Shown here piece after piece: positions 10,444 through 20,005 of a stretch of DNA of 64,000 bases. The DNA lies in contig CP128815.1 in the NCBI GenBank assembly GCA_051546255.1, positions 496,001-560,000 of the forward strand. The letters are read 5' to 3'. The notes below the pieces were generated by a model. It ran no database searches and was not told the DNA's origin. It saw nothing but the letters and a program-made list of their open reading frames with translations. Position numbers and translations under genes: made by a program. Position 1 is the stretch's first letter; each line of letters opens with the position of its first letter. The stretch comes from Meyerozyma guilliermondii (Eukaryota).

Positions 10444-11127
10444 CTAGGGCGCCACCCCGCTCCAGAGTAAAGCGGTGCCGTCGCGGACCACGGTATTGAC
10501 AAGTCCTGCTCCAGTTTTAAACACACGTAATATGAATTTGGCAGTACCCGGTATAATCCTATCCATGATGTGATTCATGATCATTTTTGTCTGTTCGACC
10601 CCACCGTATTGCTCATCCACATCAATATTCTCCAGCCACATGGTATCGCCGTTTCTAGTGCTGTCAATACCCAAAGTGGCCAATATGGGAACGTGAATAA
10701 TAGCCTTTTTCAAACCCTTGAACTCGACCCAGTGAAATTTTAGAGCGTTTTCGGCAATGAGCGGCGCTACTGGAAGAAGCGATTTCCCGTTTCTTTGAAA
10801 GATTCCACCGATAATATCACCCGGAAAAAACATGGCATTCTGCCGTTTCGAGGCAGCCTTGGTGCGTGCAAGAAATAAACATGGCTGTCCCTCCACAACA
10901 CAAAGATCTTGGCCATATGGAATGCTATCGTTGAGAAAAAGTGTCCCAATCGATTTTCCTTCGCGGCACATGTACAAGTGGAATGTACCACTATTTCTAT
11001 ATTGAAACTCGATCTTGTATCCCGAAAAGGGGACGTCTGAACCATACGACTTGCAGATCCTCGACTGGTCTGCTCCAGCACAAACTACTGCCAAAATCGA
11101 GAAGAATATTATTAATATTAATTGCAT
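10444..11127 (-). CDS. Orphan secreted protein, 227 aa
   Basis: Signal-peptide-like MQLILIIFFSILAVVCAG at ATG 11127, several Cys, NDS sequon, internal KR. No family recognised. Confidence 0.6.
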   Translation of the reverse strand: MQLILIIFFSILAVVCAGADQSRICKSYGSDVPFSGYKIEFQYRNSGTFHLYMCREGKSIGTLFLNDSIPYGQDLCVVEGQPCLFLARTKAASKRQNAMFFPGDIIGGIFQRNGKSLLPVAPLIAENALKFHWVEFKGLKKAIIHVPILATLGIDSTRNGDTMWLENIDVDEQYGGVEQTKMIMNHIMDRIIPGTAKFILRVFKTGAGLVNTVVRDGTALLWSGVAP

Positions 11128-11192
11128 TATGAAATGGGTGCAAATTGCGACCAGCACAAAAACCTCACTTTTGAACCTCACTTTTCGAAATT

Positions 11193-12101
11193 TCACTTTT
11201 TGGCCCTTTTTCTTGCCTTGGCCCCCTCGTTCTCGTGAAGCAATTTTATATGACGTTTGAGTGAGTCCTTCCGATAAAAGTACTTTCCGCAATTCAAATG
11301 GCATGGAAATACCATTTCCATTATACGTTGGCGTTCCTCAGGCAGCACGGTTTCGATTTCCCTGCCAGCCTTTCCCTTTGGAAAATGTGCCATGCAGTGT
11401 CTACGAAGATCCATTTTGCGGGTGTGGCCAAGCACATTCCATGGGCAGCTTTTGAGTGGGCATTTGAATGGTCGATTTTGTCTAATGCGATCCAAATGCA
11501 ATGCAAAGTCTAGATGATGATGGAACTCTTCTGTGCAGTGAGTACATTGAAGAAGACAGGTTCCAAACAGCTTTATTTCTTCTGGGGAAAACTGGCTCCT
11601 CAAGAGATCCACTAATTTAGGGCGATATTGTGCTCTCTCCATTATGGGACTTGCTCCTGTCAAGATAGGTTCTGGAATTTTTGGCTCTAATTCCTCGACA
11701 TGTACGGTTTCTGGCTCCGAGAGGTCGTCATTGGACATTGAAAAAAGAGAGTCCGAACTGCTGGACTCAGTGAGTCTCGAGTAAATATCGAAATATGTCG
11801 CATGGTCAAGTTCACTCGATGCCATTTGGTCGCCAGAATAATCGATACCCAAACCGAGAGGATGCGGCTCAAACGTCGCCGTATCTATTGTCATTGGTGA
11901 GCCGCGCACTGGACTGGAGTACATTGCCAGACCCAACTTGAGGTTGAGGTTGATATTATCCTTGACGAGGCAGTTACTTTCAAAGTCGACGTAAAATCCA
12001 AAAGGTCCTCCAAGTCTTCCTGGAGCTGGATTTACAGGACATGCTAACATAGGGTCGAGCTCAGGCTCATAAGTCCAGTTGAGGTCGCTAACAAATTCCA
12101 T
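11193..12101 (-). CDS. RME1: C2H2 zinc-finger transcription factor, Rme1 family
   Basis: Three fingers, including FKCPLKSCPWNVLG....LRRHCMAH and CGKYFYRKDSLKRHIKLLH, typical of Rme1. ATG at 12101. Confidence 0.8.
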   Translation of the reverse strand: MEFVSDLNWTYEPELDPMLACPVNPAPGRLGGPFGFYVDFESNCLVKDNINLNLKLGLAMYSSPVRGSPMTIDTATFEPHPLGLGIDYSGDQMASSELDHATYFDIYSRLTESSSSDSLFSMSNDDLSEPETVHVEELEPKIPEPILTGASPIMERAQYRPKLVDLLRSQFSPEEIKLFGTCLLQCTHCTEEFHHHLDFALHLDRIRQNRPFKCPLKSCPWNVLGHTRKMDLRRHCMAHFPKGKAGREIETVLPEERQRIMEMVFPCHLNCGKYFYRKDSLKRHIKLLHENEGAKARKRAKK

Positions 12102-14273
12102 CAACCTTCTTGTCTTTTTGATTCAAACAAAGGGACTTACATTGGAGTTTTATACCCATCGGCTGCGTTTTGGGAGGGTGATACGACATTGCATAATGAG
12201 ATACATGCATAAAAAATGCAGATCATGCATATGCATGCGGGTGGCCAAACATACAAGGGGCGGCGGCAACATTAAGCCTGTGGAGTATGCATCCGATATC
12301 CGAGGTCTGAAAACCCTTGGTTATGGTCCGAGGCTAATCATAGCAGACCCACAATCAAACTTTGAGCTCAGGACCGTCCTATTCCACACATCTTCGTATT
12401 CCGGCGGATTCGTGCTTGGCAATGCGCCACATACTCCATCTTGCTTGAAACGTTAAAGTGCATGCATGCAAAAACCTCTTAGGCAATGATCTCTTACCTA
12501 ATAGATACCTTACTGGGGGTGAGGAAAAAAAATTACGGATTAACAATACCGCAAATGAGGAAATTGAAAACGTGTGGTGAAAAATCTGTCTCAACAAGCT
12601 GACGAAGGTGCATAAAACCTGCTACAACATTGCGTCACCCACCTATTCTGAAACCCATTCATGTTTCAGAGATGCCAGGAAACGTGTGATACTAAACTGG
12701 TCTAGGAGTATACGAAAGTATGCATGAATCTCGCATCCATGCGGCACTCGCCTTATGCACTCCGTTGGGGGTACACAGGAACAATATCCCTGAATAAAAG
12801 AAACCGCTAACTATAGAGGTCACCAGTTTCAAAACAAGGTCACCAGTTCGTATTTACAGTGAGATACGAGAAGTTTATTTACCTTTACAGAAAACGTCTC
12901 AAAGTCACCTGCTAGTATCTTGTGTGCGTCTTGTGAGAGGGCAGATTGCAGGGCCCTTATCTGCTTATCATTGTCTATTTTTTTTTCACCATGCCATCAC
13001 TTGGTACAGTACGCAGGGTTATGGTCCAAATGCAACAAAATTTTTTTTAATTTGGCTGCATGGTGCGGCGCACCGGAAATATCTTGCATGAAATGCACTA
13101 GCCGTACTGGGCTGCATATACTCCACTGAAGATCGTCAGTTATTGCGCCATAGTCGGTGCAAGCGAAGTGTATTTTGGCCACAAACAGACATATTGCGGC
13201 GTTACCAAATATGGTATTAGTTCCATGGATGCAGCATTCGCCATAAGTATTGCGCCCCCCCCCCTGTGGCTGCATAATTTGCGCTCTGATGTTGAGTTCG
13301 CCGACCCGGATTCAATTATTTACCACGCATAAACTTTCACATTAAACCGCCGATATGAAACCAGCACTGAACAGGGTTGCATTGAATATTTGACTTGAAA
13401 CTTTTACTCAAGCAAAAAAAGCTACGCCTGATTTTACTGCTACCACTTGATTTTTTTGCAATATGCAAGATGTCCTTTTTACTTCTATCAAGTTGAAAAT
13501 GAGTCATAGATGGTCAGTTCAAGTATTTCGGGCATACATGAGCTGACTGTTTAAAGTTGCTCATAATAATTAAAATACCACGATGCTGTTTACCACAGAA
13601 CAACGCTACAAGACACGTGATGAGTTTTTGATTGCCTAGTGTGCCGGCGTCAGTTATTATTAGAACAACTGGTATTTCAATCACATACAAAAAGAAGTGA
13701 AAATAGGAGGTTTTTTTTCAACAACAAATCTTGAAGACTTCGAATTATCGGGCATAACCCCAATACTCAAGGCGATCATTAAGAAACGCTCACAAAGTTT
13801 TAAGGAGTTAATCACATATCTCAGTCATCGATATAAAAGCGATATCTATGGATTGCAAGGTGAGTTTGATGAGTGAGTGTTGACATGATTTTGACTGAAT
13901 CGAAAATTTGGTTCGAAACTCGAGCTCATAGTCAATCAAGGGCAGTGTAATTAAGGAGACTAAAGAGACTTAAGTCCTGAATATTCATTATAGAGCATTC
14001 GTCAAGATGTCTCTTGGCTCTGTTCTGGAGAGTGCCAAGATAGTTTGGAACCTTCAAATAATAAACATTGGTTCAAATATCAAAATTCTATCTGTAACAT
14101 GTTATGATTCTGTAAACTTCTTGCTGCTGGAATACGTTCCCAGATGCAAGTTTAGACGATCGTAATTAAATTAAACTGTCGAGTCCAGGCCATTGACTCG
14201 ATCGGAGCTATCGGAGAAAAAGCCATTGATCTGCTCAACACTCACCAGCCATTCATGTGTATAACTGACTAGA

Positions 14274-14327
14274 CAATGCAAAAAGATGCAATGCAACAAG
14301 ATGCAATGCAACAAGATGCAATGCAAC
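14274..14327. repeat. 15-bp tandem repeat CAATGCAACAAGATG x3.6
   Basis: Read directly from the sequence; one mismatch in the first copy. Confidence 0.9.
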
Positions 14328-14562
14328 TACCAATAACTAAACGGATCTGCCCCGCATTAATACGAGATGTCGCATTTCCTGTTTTCCGATAACAATGCGA
14401 GACATTCTGAAACTAATCTGAAACGCCCGGGACGGCGCCGCACCCGGACCTCATTTCGCCTAAATCTCCCGTAACCTAGAAGCTCGACCCGCGCGCTGGT
14501 GTTTGGCTGGCCCGCAGAATCACGTTATTCTCTGCAAGGGCTCTTCTTGGCAATAATCGGAC

Positions 14563-15900
14563 ATGGAGGCTGAACAATCCGGTTGGGGTCGTATTTCGGC
14601 GGCACTCGTGGAAAATCCCGAGTCCTTGGACTTATGGGAAAAGCTCATTCGGGAAGTTGAACGGGAAAATGGCGTACCAATATCCAAGGTTTCTTCCGAT
14701 GAAGCAGTTGAAATTTTACGAACTTGTTACAATGCATTTCTCGAAAAGTTTCCGTTACTTGTCCATTACTGGATCCGTTATGCCCAGTGTGAGTTTAGGT
14801 TGGGTTATCACCAAAAGGCAATTATTGTATATGAAAGAGCTTTGGTTCACTTGCGAGCGTCCATCGAATTGTGGACCAACTATCTTCAGTTTCGAGTAGA
14901 TACAATATCAGATAATGTTGAGGAAATTGCACAACTTTTCGAAACTGCCCGGAAAACAATCGGAAGACATTTTTATGCCCACGAGTTTTATCAACTTTAT
15001 CTTTCATTCATCAAAAGCTACGCAACAAACGACCCAGAACGACAGTACCATATTCTCCTTCGGACTATAATTGAACAGCCAATTTACCACTACAATTTGT
15101 TTGCCAAAATGTTCTTTTCTGCTATCAGCAACCTCAATTCAACCACAATTGGCTACATAGTTCCACCCAAGGCCATTCGAAGCTACAATGGAGATTTTCG
15201 TCAAGCATCGATAAAGCTCAAAAAGTTGTTCACAGACGTTTATATCACCACCCAGGCCAAGACACACCAGATCTACTCGTTTGAACGACACTTTCAGCGC
15301 CAATACTTTGACCAGACATTCATACCGCAAGCACAACTCAAACAGTGGCATAATTACCTTTCATTTTTGGAACTCAATTTTCCCCATCAGCACACAATTC
15401 AGGTGTACGAGCGATGCCTCTTGATAACCGCACCGTACCCTGAGTTCTGGTTGCGTTTTGCCGAGTTCCACATATCGCAGGACCGAATGTTACAGGCGGT
15501 TGAAGTTCTCACTCGCGGCATGGTTTATTGTGCGAGCTACAAATTGCTCGTAAAACTTGTGGACGTGGAGTTATCCCTCAAAAATTACACAAGGGCAAGA
15601 GACATCCTTACAGAATACGTGAAGGAATCTGCGGCCACACCTATACCCATATTGGAAAAGTTACTCAGTGTTGAAAGCTTGTTCCACACACAAGACAGCA
15701 CCAAAATGCGAAACTTGTTTCTCCAAATTTTCAAAGAAAGCGATCACCATCGAGTTTCTGAGTTGCTAAACTACTATACATTACCAGAGGAGTTGAAACT
15801 GGAGATCCGGAGCCATTTCAACTTGGAATTAAATACAAAAGACGAAGTGAATTTTGACGCAAAGTTCCACCAAAGTCTCATTGGTCCATTACACAATTAA
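14563..15900 (+). CDS. PRP42: U1 snRNP HAT-repeat protein (Prp42/Prp39 family)
   Basis: FLEKFPLLVHYWIRYAQCE, VYERAL, SIELWTNYL, FERHFQRQYF HAT repeats. PRP42 versus PRP39 is not resolved. Confidence 0.75.
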   Translation: MEAEQSGWGRISAALVENPESLDLWEKLIREVERENGVPISKVSSDEAVEILRTCYNAFLEKFPLLVHYWIRYAQCEFRLGYHQKAIIVYERALVHLRASIELWTNYLQFRVDTISDNVEEIAQLFETARKTIGRHFYAHEFYQLYLSFIKSYATNDPERQYHILLRTIIEQPIYHYNLFAKMFFSAISNLNSTTIGYIVPPKAIRSYNGDFRQASIKLKKLFTDVYITTQAKTHQIYSFERHFQRQYFDQTFIPQAQLKQWHNYLSFLELNFPHQHTIQVYERCLLITAPYPEFWLRFAEFHISQDRMLQAVEVLTRGMVYCASYKLLVKLVDVELSLKNYTRARDILTEYVKESAATPIPILEKLLSVESLFHTQDSTKMRNLFLQIFKESDHHRVSELLNYYTLPEELKLEIRSHFNLELNTKDEVNFDAKFHQSLIGPLHN

Positions 15901-17506
15901 GAACCGTGATACCAATTGCCCACAACCACACGATGACTCCTAGTTTGCGGTCAAGATGCCATTTGTTGAGCGGGATATATGCCAAGTAAAAGAGCATAAC
16001 CAACAATACTCCCGACGCACTGATTATCAAATTTTGATGAACTTGGAATTGCAACGTTTGTCCAGCAGCATGGACAAGAAGTCCATTGACGCCGATACCA
16101 AGTAAGATGAGAATGATGGGTGATCCAAGCAGACAATTGACTCCATAGATGGGATCCACAGTGACAGAAATGGTGATATTGGTGATGATGTCTGTGATGG
16201 AATTGCTGATGGAAAACACCACCAAACCAAGCATGTAGTCGCTAATCTTTAGCAACACCCCAAGGTTCTTCAATAGTCGAAGTACAGCCTGCGAGATCTG
16301 CGAAATGACCACCATGGACATGTATACTCCAATTATGGAAGCGACCACTTTTCGCAGCCGAGTGTGCTGGTATGCTGCTTCGGTGACAAGAATTGCAACG
16401 AGAACTATAGGAACCATAATTTCCCAGTTTTCCGTGAACCCAAATTCAAAGTTAGATACTAGAGGAACCACAGCGGAAAACCATATTCTCAGAATTGGAG
16501 TAGAAGAGGTTTCTTCCAGCACTACTGGCACAACCAACGCTAACAATTTTTCAACAAAATCAATAATGCGATGGAATATCCATATGAAAAAATGACGATG
16601 AGCGTCTCTATTTTCAAGAATATCAACCACTTCCTCAAAAACTGGACCGTCAGAGCCAACCGAAGAGCCGGACTTGAGAGATAATGGCAGAACGGGACGA
16701 AGAAGCTCCGAATTGGAAAAGTTGGAAAAAATTGGCAGTCCTGGAGACAGAAGAGTTGGCAGTTTTGGCAGTTTTGGCAGTCCTGGCAGAAAATTCGGCA
16801 GATGGGCCAATTCCCTAGTATATTCCCTGTCCTGTTTCTGCGTAGCTGCCAGCTGGTCGTATTGGCCTAGATAGAAAAGATAAACCACAAACAGTAGCAC
16901 CATTATCGCACATTCTGCGGTAGTGATTTTCCCGTCCGAAAGAATATACAAGAACAATACGAGCACCGCAACGACCCATGCGAAATCTCGAAGCACCCAT
17001 CTGCTATCGGTAACAGTAAAAGGACAAAAGAATGAAATCGACCCAATAATCACCGTGAACATCACCATGATGGATCCTATAAGTTGGCCCAAAACCAAGT
17101 CCACCGAATTTGAACGTAGTGTAACGTAGTAGCTGACAACGTCTGGGATGGCATTGGTCAATGGAAGAAGCATCACACTTAAAATTCGATTATTCCATCC
17201 ACAAGCATTGGTGAAATAATTGACATTTGGAAAAAAAAGACTCGCTACGATCAAGCTGAGACATCCAAAGAGTGCTACCAATGCCAAGAATATACCAAAG
17301 CAGAAAAACACCGTAAATAACCACGAGGACGCCTGAGGCGAACAATAATAGTATTTTGCAATATTAAAGTAGCCGTCGCAATGTGCTGCAATATAGCTGC
17401 AAGTATCTGTATGTCCACGGATATCACAAACTATGTCGCTGGCATGATTCTTGAACACAGAAAGTCCCATAGAACCCCCCATAGAAAGGTCCAGGGAAAG
17501 GTTCAT
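15878..17506 (-). CDS. ECM27: Cation/Ca2+ exchanger (CCX, Na_Ca_ex), Ecm27-like
   Basis: N-terminal Cys pattern C..I..HC....YYC, alpha-1 repeat (NAIPD) and alpha-2 repeat (FSISNSITD), about 12 TM segments. Confidence 0.78.
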   Translation of the reverse strand: MNLSLDLSMGGSMGLSVFKNHASDIVCDIRGHTDTCSYIAAHCDGYFNIAKYYYCSPQASSWLFTVFFCFGIFLALVALFGCLSLIVASLFFPNVNYFTNACGWNNRILSVMLLPLTNAIPDVVSYYVTLRSNSVDLVLGQLIGSIMVMFTVIIGSISFFCPFTVTDSRWVLRDFAWVVAVLVLFLYILSDGKITTAECAIMVLLFVVYLFYLGQYDQLAATQKQDREYTRELAHLPNFLPGLPKLPKLPTLLSPGLPIFSNFSNSELLRPVLPLSLKSGSSVGSDGPVFEEVVDILENRDAHRHFFIWIFHRIIDFVEKLLALVVPVVLEETSSTPILRIWFSAVVPLVSNFEFGFTENWEIMVPIVLVAILVTEAAYQHTRLRKVVASIIGVYMSMVVISQISQAVLRLLKNLGVLLKISDYMLGLVVFSISNSITDIITNITISVTVDPIYGVNCLLGSPIILILLGIGVNGLLVHAAGQTLQFQVHQNLIISASGVLLVMLFYLAYIPLNKWHLDRKLGVIVWLWAIGITVLNCVMDQ

Positions 17507-17711
17507 ACAGAGACAAAATCAGCCAAGAACTGGTTAAAGCAAGTATAGTTTGTCTGCAGGCCAGATCATCGGTTCCGCTGCACGGCTGCCTGCGCCCGCA
17601 TCATGCACGCTTAAACAAGTCATTCTCGACCTGCAGAAGAAGCTTCACTTACATGAGCTAGCTTGTAATTACATAGACTATCTTCTGACTATATACATTA
17701 TCTTTTTCCTA

Positions 17712-18254
17712 TCATATTTTCGTCCTATACTTCTCATAACTGGGCTTCGATAATGCGTCTTTGGTGATTTCTATATCCTTATTGATATCTGCAATCAATG
17801 CTTCCTTGGTGGTGTAATTGAGTTCGGGCCGGATGTGGCCCATAACTGCATACCGGAGGTCGGCACCGTAGAAGTTTTCCCGGAACTTGTGAATGATATG
17901 AACTTCGGCGGTTTTGGTCTCATTATTATAAAATGGATTCCACCCAATCGACATGGCCATTGGGAATGTTTCAAGTTCATCGTCAGCAAGTTTTGTTCCA
18001 TTATTAAAGTACACTTTTTTCCCATCAGAACGCTGCTTAGCGGCGCATTCTTGATTCCGAGGCACCAATCTGCACCACCCATAATAGATTCCGGTCTCCA
18101 ATTTATTTAATTCCGAGGTTACTGGAATATTGGCAGTCGGAATTCCAAGCTCGGCCGAACCGCGCCCAAACCCGCTCTCAATTGTCCCGGCCCCAATAAT
18201 AGGGTATGGCAGCGTGATCTCGTCAGGAATCTTGGTTTCGGGCCTCGAAGTCAT
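17712..18254 (-). CDS. FMN1: Riboflavin kinase
   Basis: GFGRGSAELGIPTAN, MSIGWNPFY, AEVHI, IRPE. Confidence 0.97.
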   Translation of the reverse strand: MTSRPETKIPDEITLPYPIIGAGTIESGFGRGSAELGIPTANIPVTSELNKLETGIYYGWCRLVPRNQECAAKQRSDGKKVYFNNGTKLADDELETFPMAMSIGWNPFYNNETKTAEVHIIHKFRENFYGADLRYAVMGHIRPELNYTTKEALIADINKDIEITKDALSKPSYEKYRTKI

Positions 18255-18292
18255 GACAAACTGAAGGCTCCTAATTCGAGACGTTTATAGAC

Positions 18293-18312
18293 GCACGTGA
18301 CTATCACGTGAC
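18293..18312. promoter_or_regulatory. Tandem CACGTGAC E-boxes (Cbf1-type) in the 95-bp FMN1/ULP1 divergent promoter
   Basis: GCACGTGAC at 18293-18301 and TCACGTGAC at 18304-18312. Confidence 0.65.
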
Positions 18313-18349
18313 TCAATACTTAACGGATTCAGGTTCTCCCAAGAAGCTC

Positions 18350-19744
18350 ATGACATCCGAGGTTTCATTTGAGCAGAGTCCTTTGGTAGCGCGGCAGCGA
18401 CTAAGGCAGCGGTACCAGGCGCGAGAAGGAGCTTCAATTGACGACGAACCAATTCCGGCCGGGAGACAATCCGGTAAACCGGTCCAAACATCCGAGGGAC
18501 CATCTGCATCTTTCAAAAATCTCCAAACGTTCTTTTTCACAATTATCAATATATTTGTATGGATTTTTGAATTTTTGCCGAGAATGCAAAAGGAGGAAGC
18601 TCAGGTATCTGATACGGACAGCTCACTAATTATTCTAGATGTAGTTGAAGATAAAGCACCAGCTTTTGGCAGCAAAGACGTGGAAGAAGCTGCAAAAAAA
18701 GACGATGGATTTCTCCACCAGCTGTGGATAGACACCACCGAGGTTCCACACGAGACCCCCCAGTATGGGACATCATTTACCGAAGCCAAAATGTCTCGAT
18801 ATACAGAAGCTCGGACACTAGACCGCAGATATAACCAAATTTTCACCCAAAGTGCATTGAAATCGTCAAGAGATATGAATGAATTCACACCGAAACTTTC
18901 CAGAACCGCCTACGACGACTTTGTATCGAAGTATTACTTGCCCCAGGCGCCTCTGAAGTCGCAATACTCGCTCGTGGACACTTTGGTGGACACCTATTTG
19001 GCAGATGAGGTGTCGAAGATAGACACTGAAAGAGACCAAAGACGGCATAAAATCACCATTGAGCGAGAAGCTCTCACATCACGGATCGAACCGCTACAAA
19101 AGGACCAACTAGCGCTGGTTTTAAAGTACTGGCTGGCACGCAATTCCACCGTTGTAAAGTCTCAGTTCCAAATAGATATCACGGCAAGAGACTTAAGTAC
19201 TTTGAACGATGGACAATGGCTTAATGATAATGTCATCGACTTCTACTTTAATTTGTTCACTAATAGCAATGTGTTTGGCTGGACCACTCACTTCTATACC
19301 ACATTGAAGGAACGAGGTTATGCTGGAGTTGCAAGATGGTCCAAACGGAAGAAAGTCGATGTGACTTCCAAAGACTTGATTTTGGTGCCTATCAATATCA
19401 TGGGAATCCATTGGGCATTGGCGGTGGTTGACAATCGAAACAAGCAGTTTCAGTATTTTGACTCTCTTTCGTCTCATGGAAATCCTCAAGCCTTACTGCT
19501 TCTTCGCCAGTATATGAGTGCGGAAGCTGAAAAGCAAAAATCGCCAATTGACTATTCCACATTCAAAATTCGGCCCAGTGAAAAAGCTCCACAGCAACTG
19601 AACGGTTACGACTGTGGTGTGTTCATGTGTACTTGTGCTAAATTTTTGGCAAAAGGGTATAAACTCACCTACGGGCAGCGGGACATGAAGGTGATTCGGC
19701 GCCGAATGGCCTACGAAATTATACAGGGAAAGTTGTTGAATTGA
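18350..19744 (+). CDS. ULP1: SUMO protease Ulp1 (peptidase C48)
   Basis: WLNDNVIDFY, HWALAVVD, YFDSL, QQxNGYDCGVF catalytic motifs. First ATG at 18350. Confidence 0.92.
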   Translation: MTSEVSFEQSPLVARQRLRQRYQAREGASIDDEPIPAGRQSGKPVQTSEGPSASFKNLQTFFFTIINIFVWIFEFLPRMQKEEAQVSDTDSSLIILDVVEDKAPAFGSKDVEEAAKKDDGFLHQLWIDTTEVPHETPQYGTSFTEAKMSRYTEARTLDRRYNQIFTQSALKSSRDMNEFTPKLSRTAYDDFVSKYYLPQAPLKSQYSLVDTLVDTYLADEVSKIDTERDQRRHKITIEREALTSRIEPLQKDQLALVLKYWLARNSTVVKSQFQIDITARDLSTLNDGQWLNDNVIDFYFNLFTNSNVFGWTTHFYTTLKERGYAGVARWSKRKKVDVTSKDLILVPINIMGIHWALAVVDNRNKQFQYFDSLSSHGNPQALLLLRQYMSAEAEKQKSPIDYSTFKIRPSEKAPQQLNGYDCGVFMCTCAKFLAKGYKLTYGQRDMKVIRRRMAYEIIQGKLLN

Positions 19745-19804
19745 GCAAAAGTTTACAGGATCCGTCATATTGCATTCACAAGTTCATGCTGCTAATTCTT
19801 CAGC

Positions 19805-19983
19805 TAGTCTTAATGAATAGTCTCATAATGAAGTCTCATAATGCATTAGTCTCATAAATGCATTGTCTTTATACTGCCAAATCATAGTTTTTATCTGCCA
19901 ATCCATTTAGTCTCATAAAGCATTTAGTCTTCAATGAATTAGTCTCATAATGCATTAGTCTTCAAATGTTAGCCTCATAATGA
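19805..19983. repeat. Degenerate ~16-bp repeat (core TAGTCTCATAATG) between convergent ULP1 and YME2
   Basis: About 9-10 imperfect copies of AGTCT(C/T)...AATG. Confidence 0.8.
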
Positions 19984-20005
19984 TCACCAAGTCTTTTCTT
20001 CAACT

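Noticed and set aside
13860..13930. GGTTCGAAAC B-box-like sequence suggesting a tRNA
   Set aside because: No D-arm/A-box and no cloverleaf pairing.
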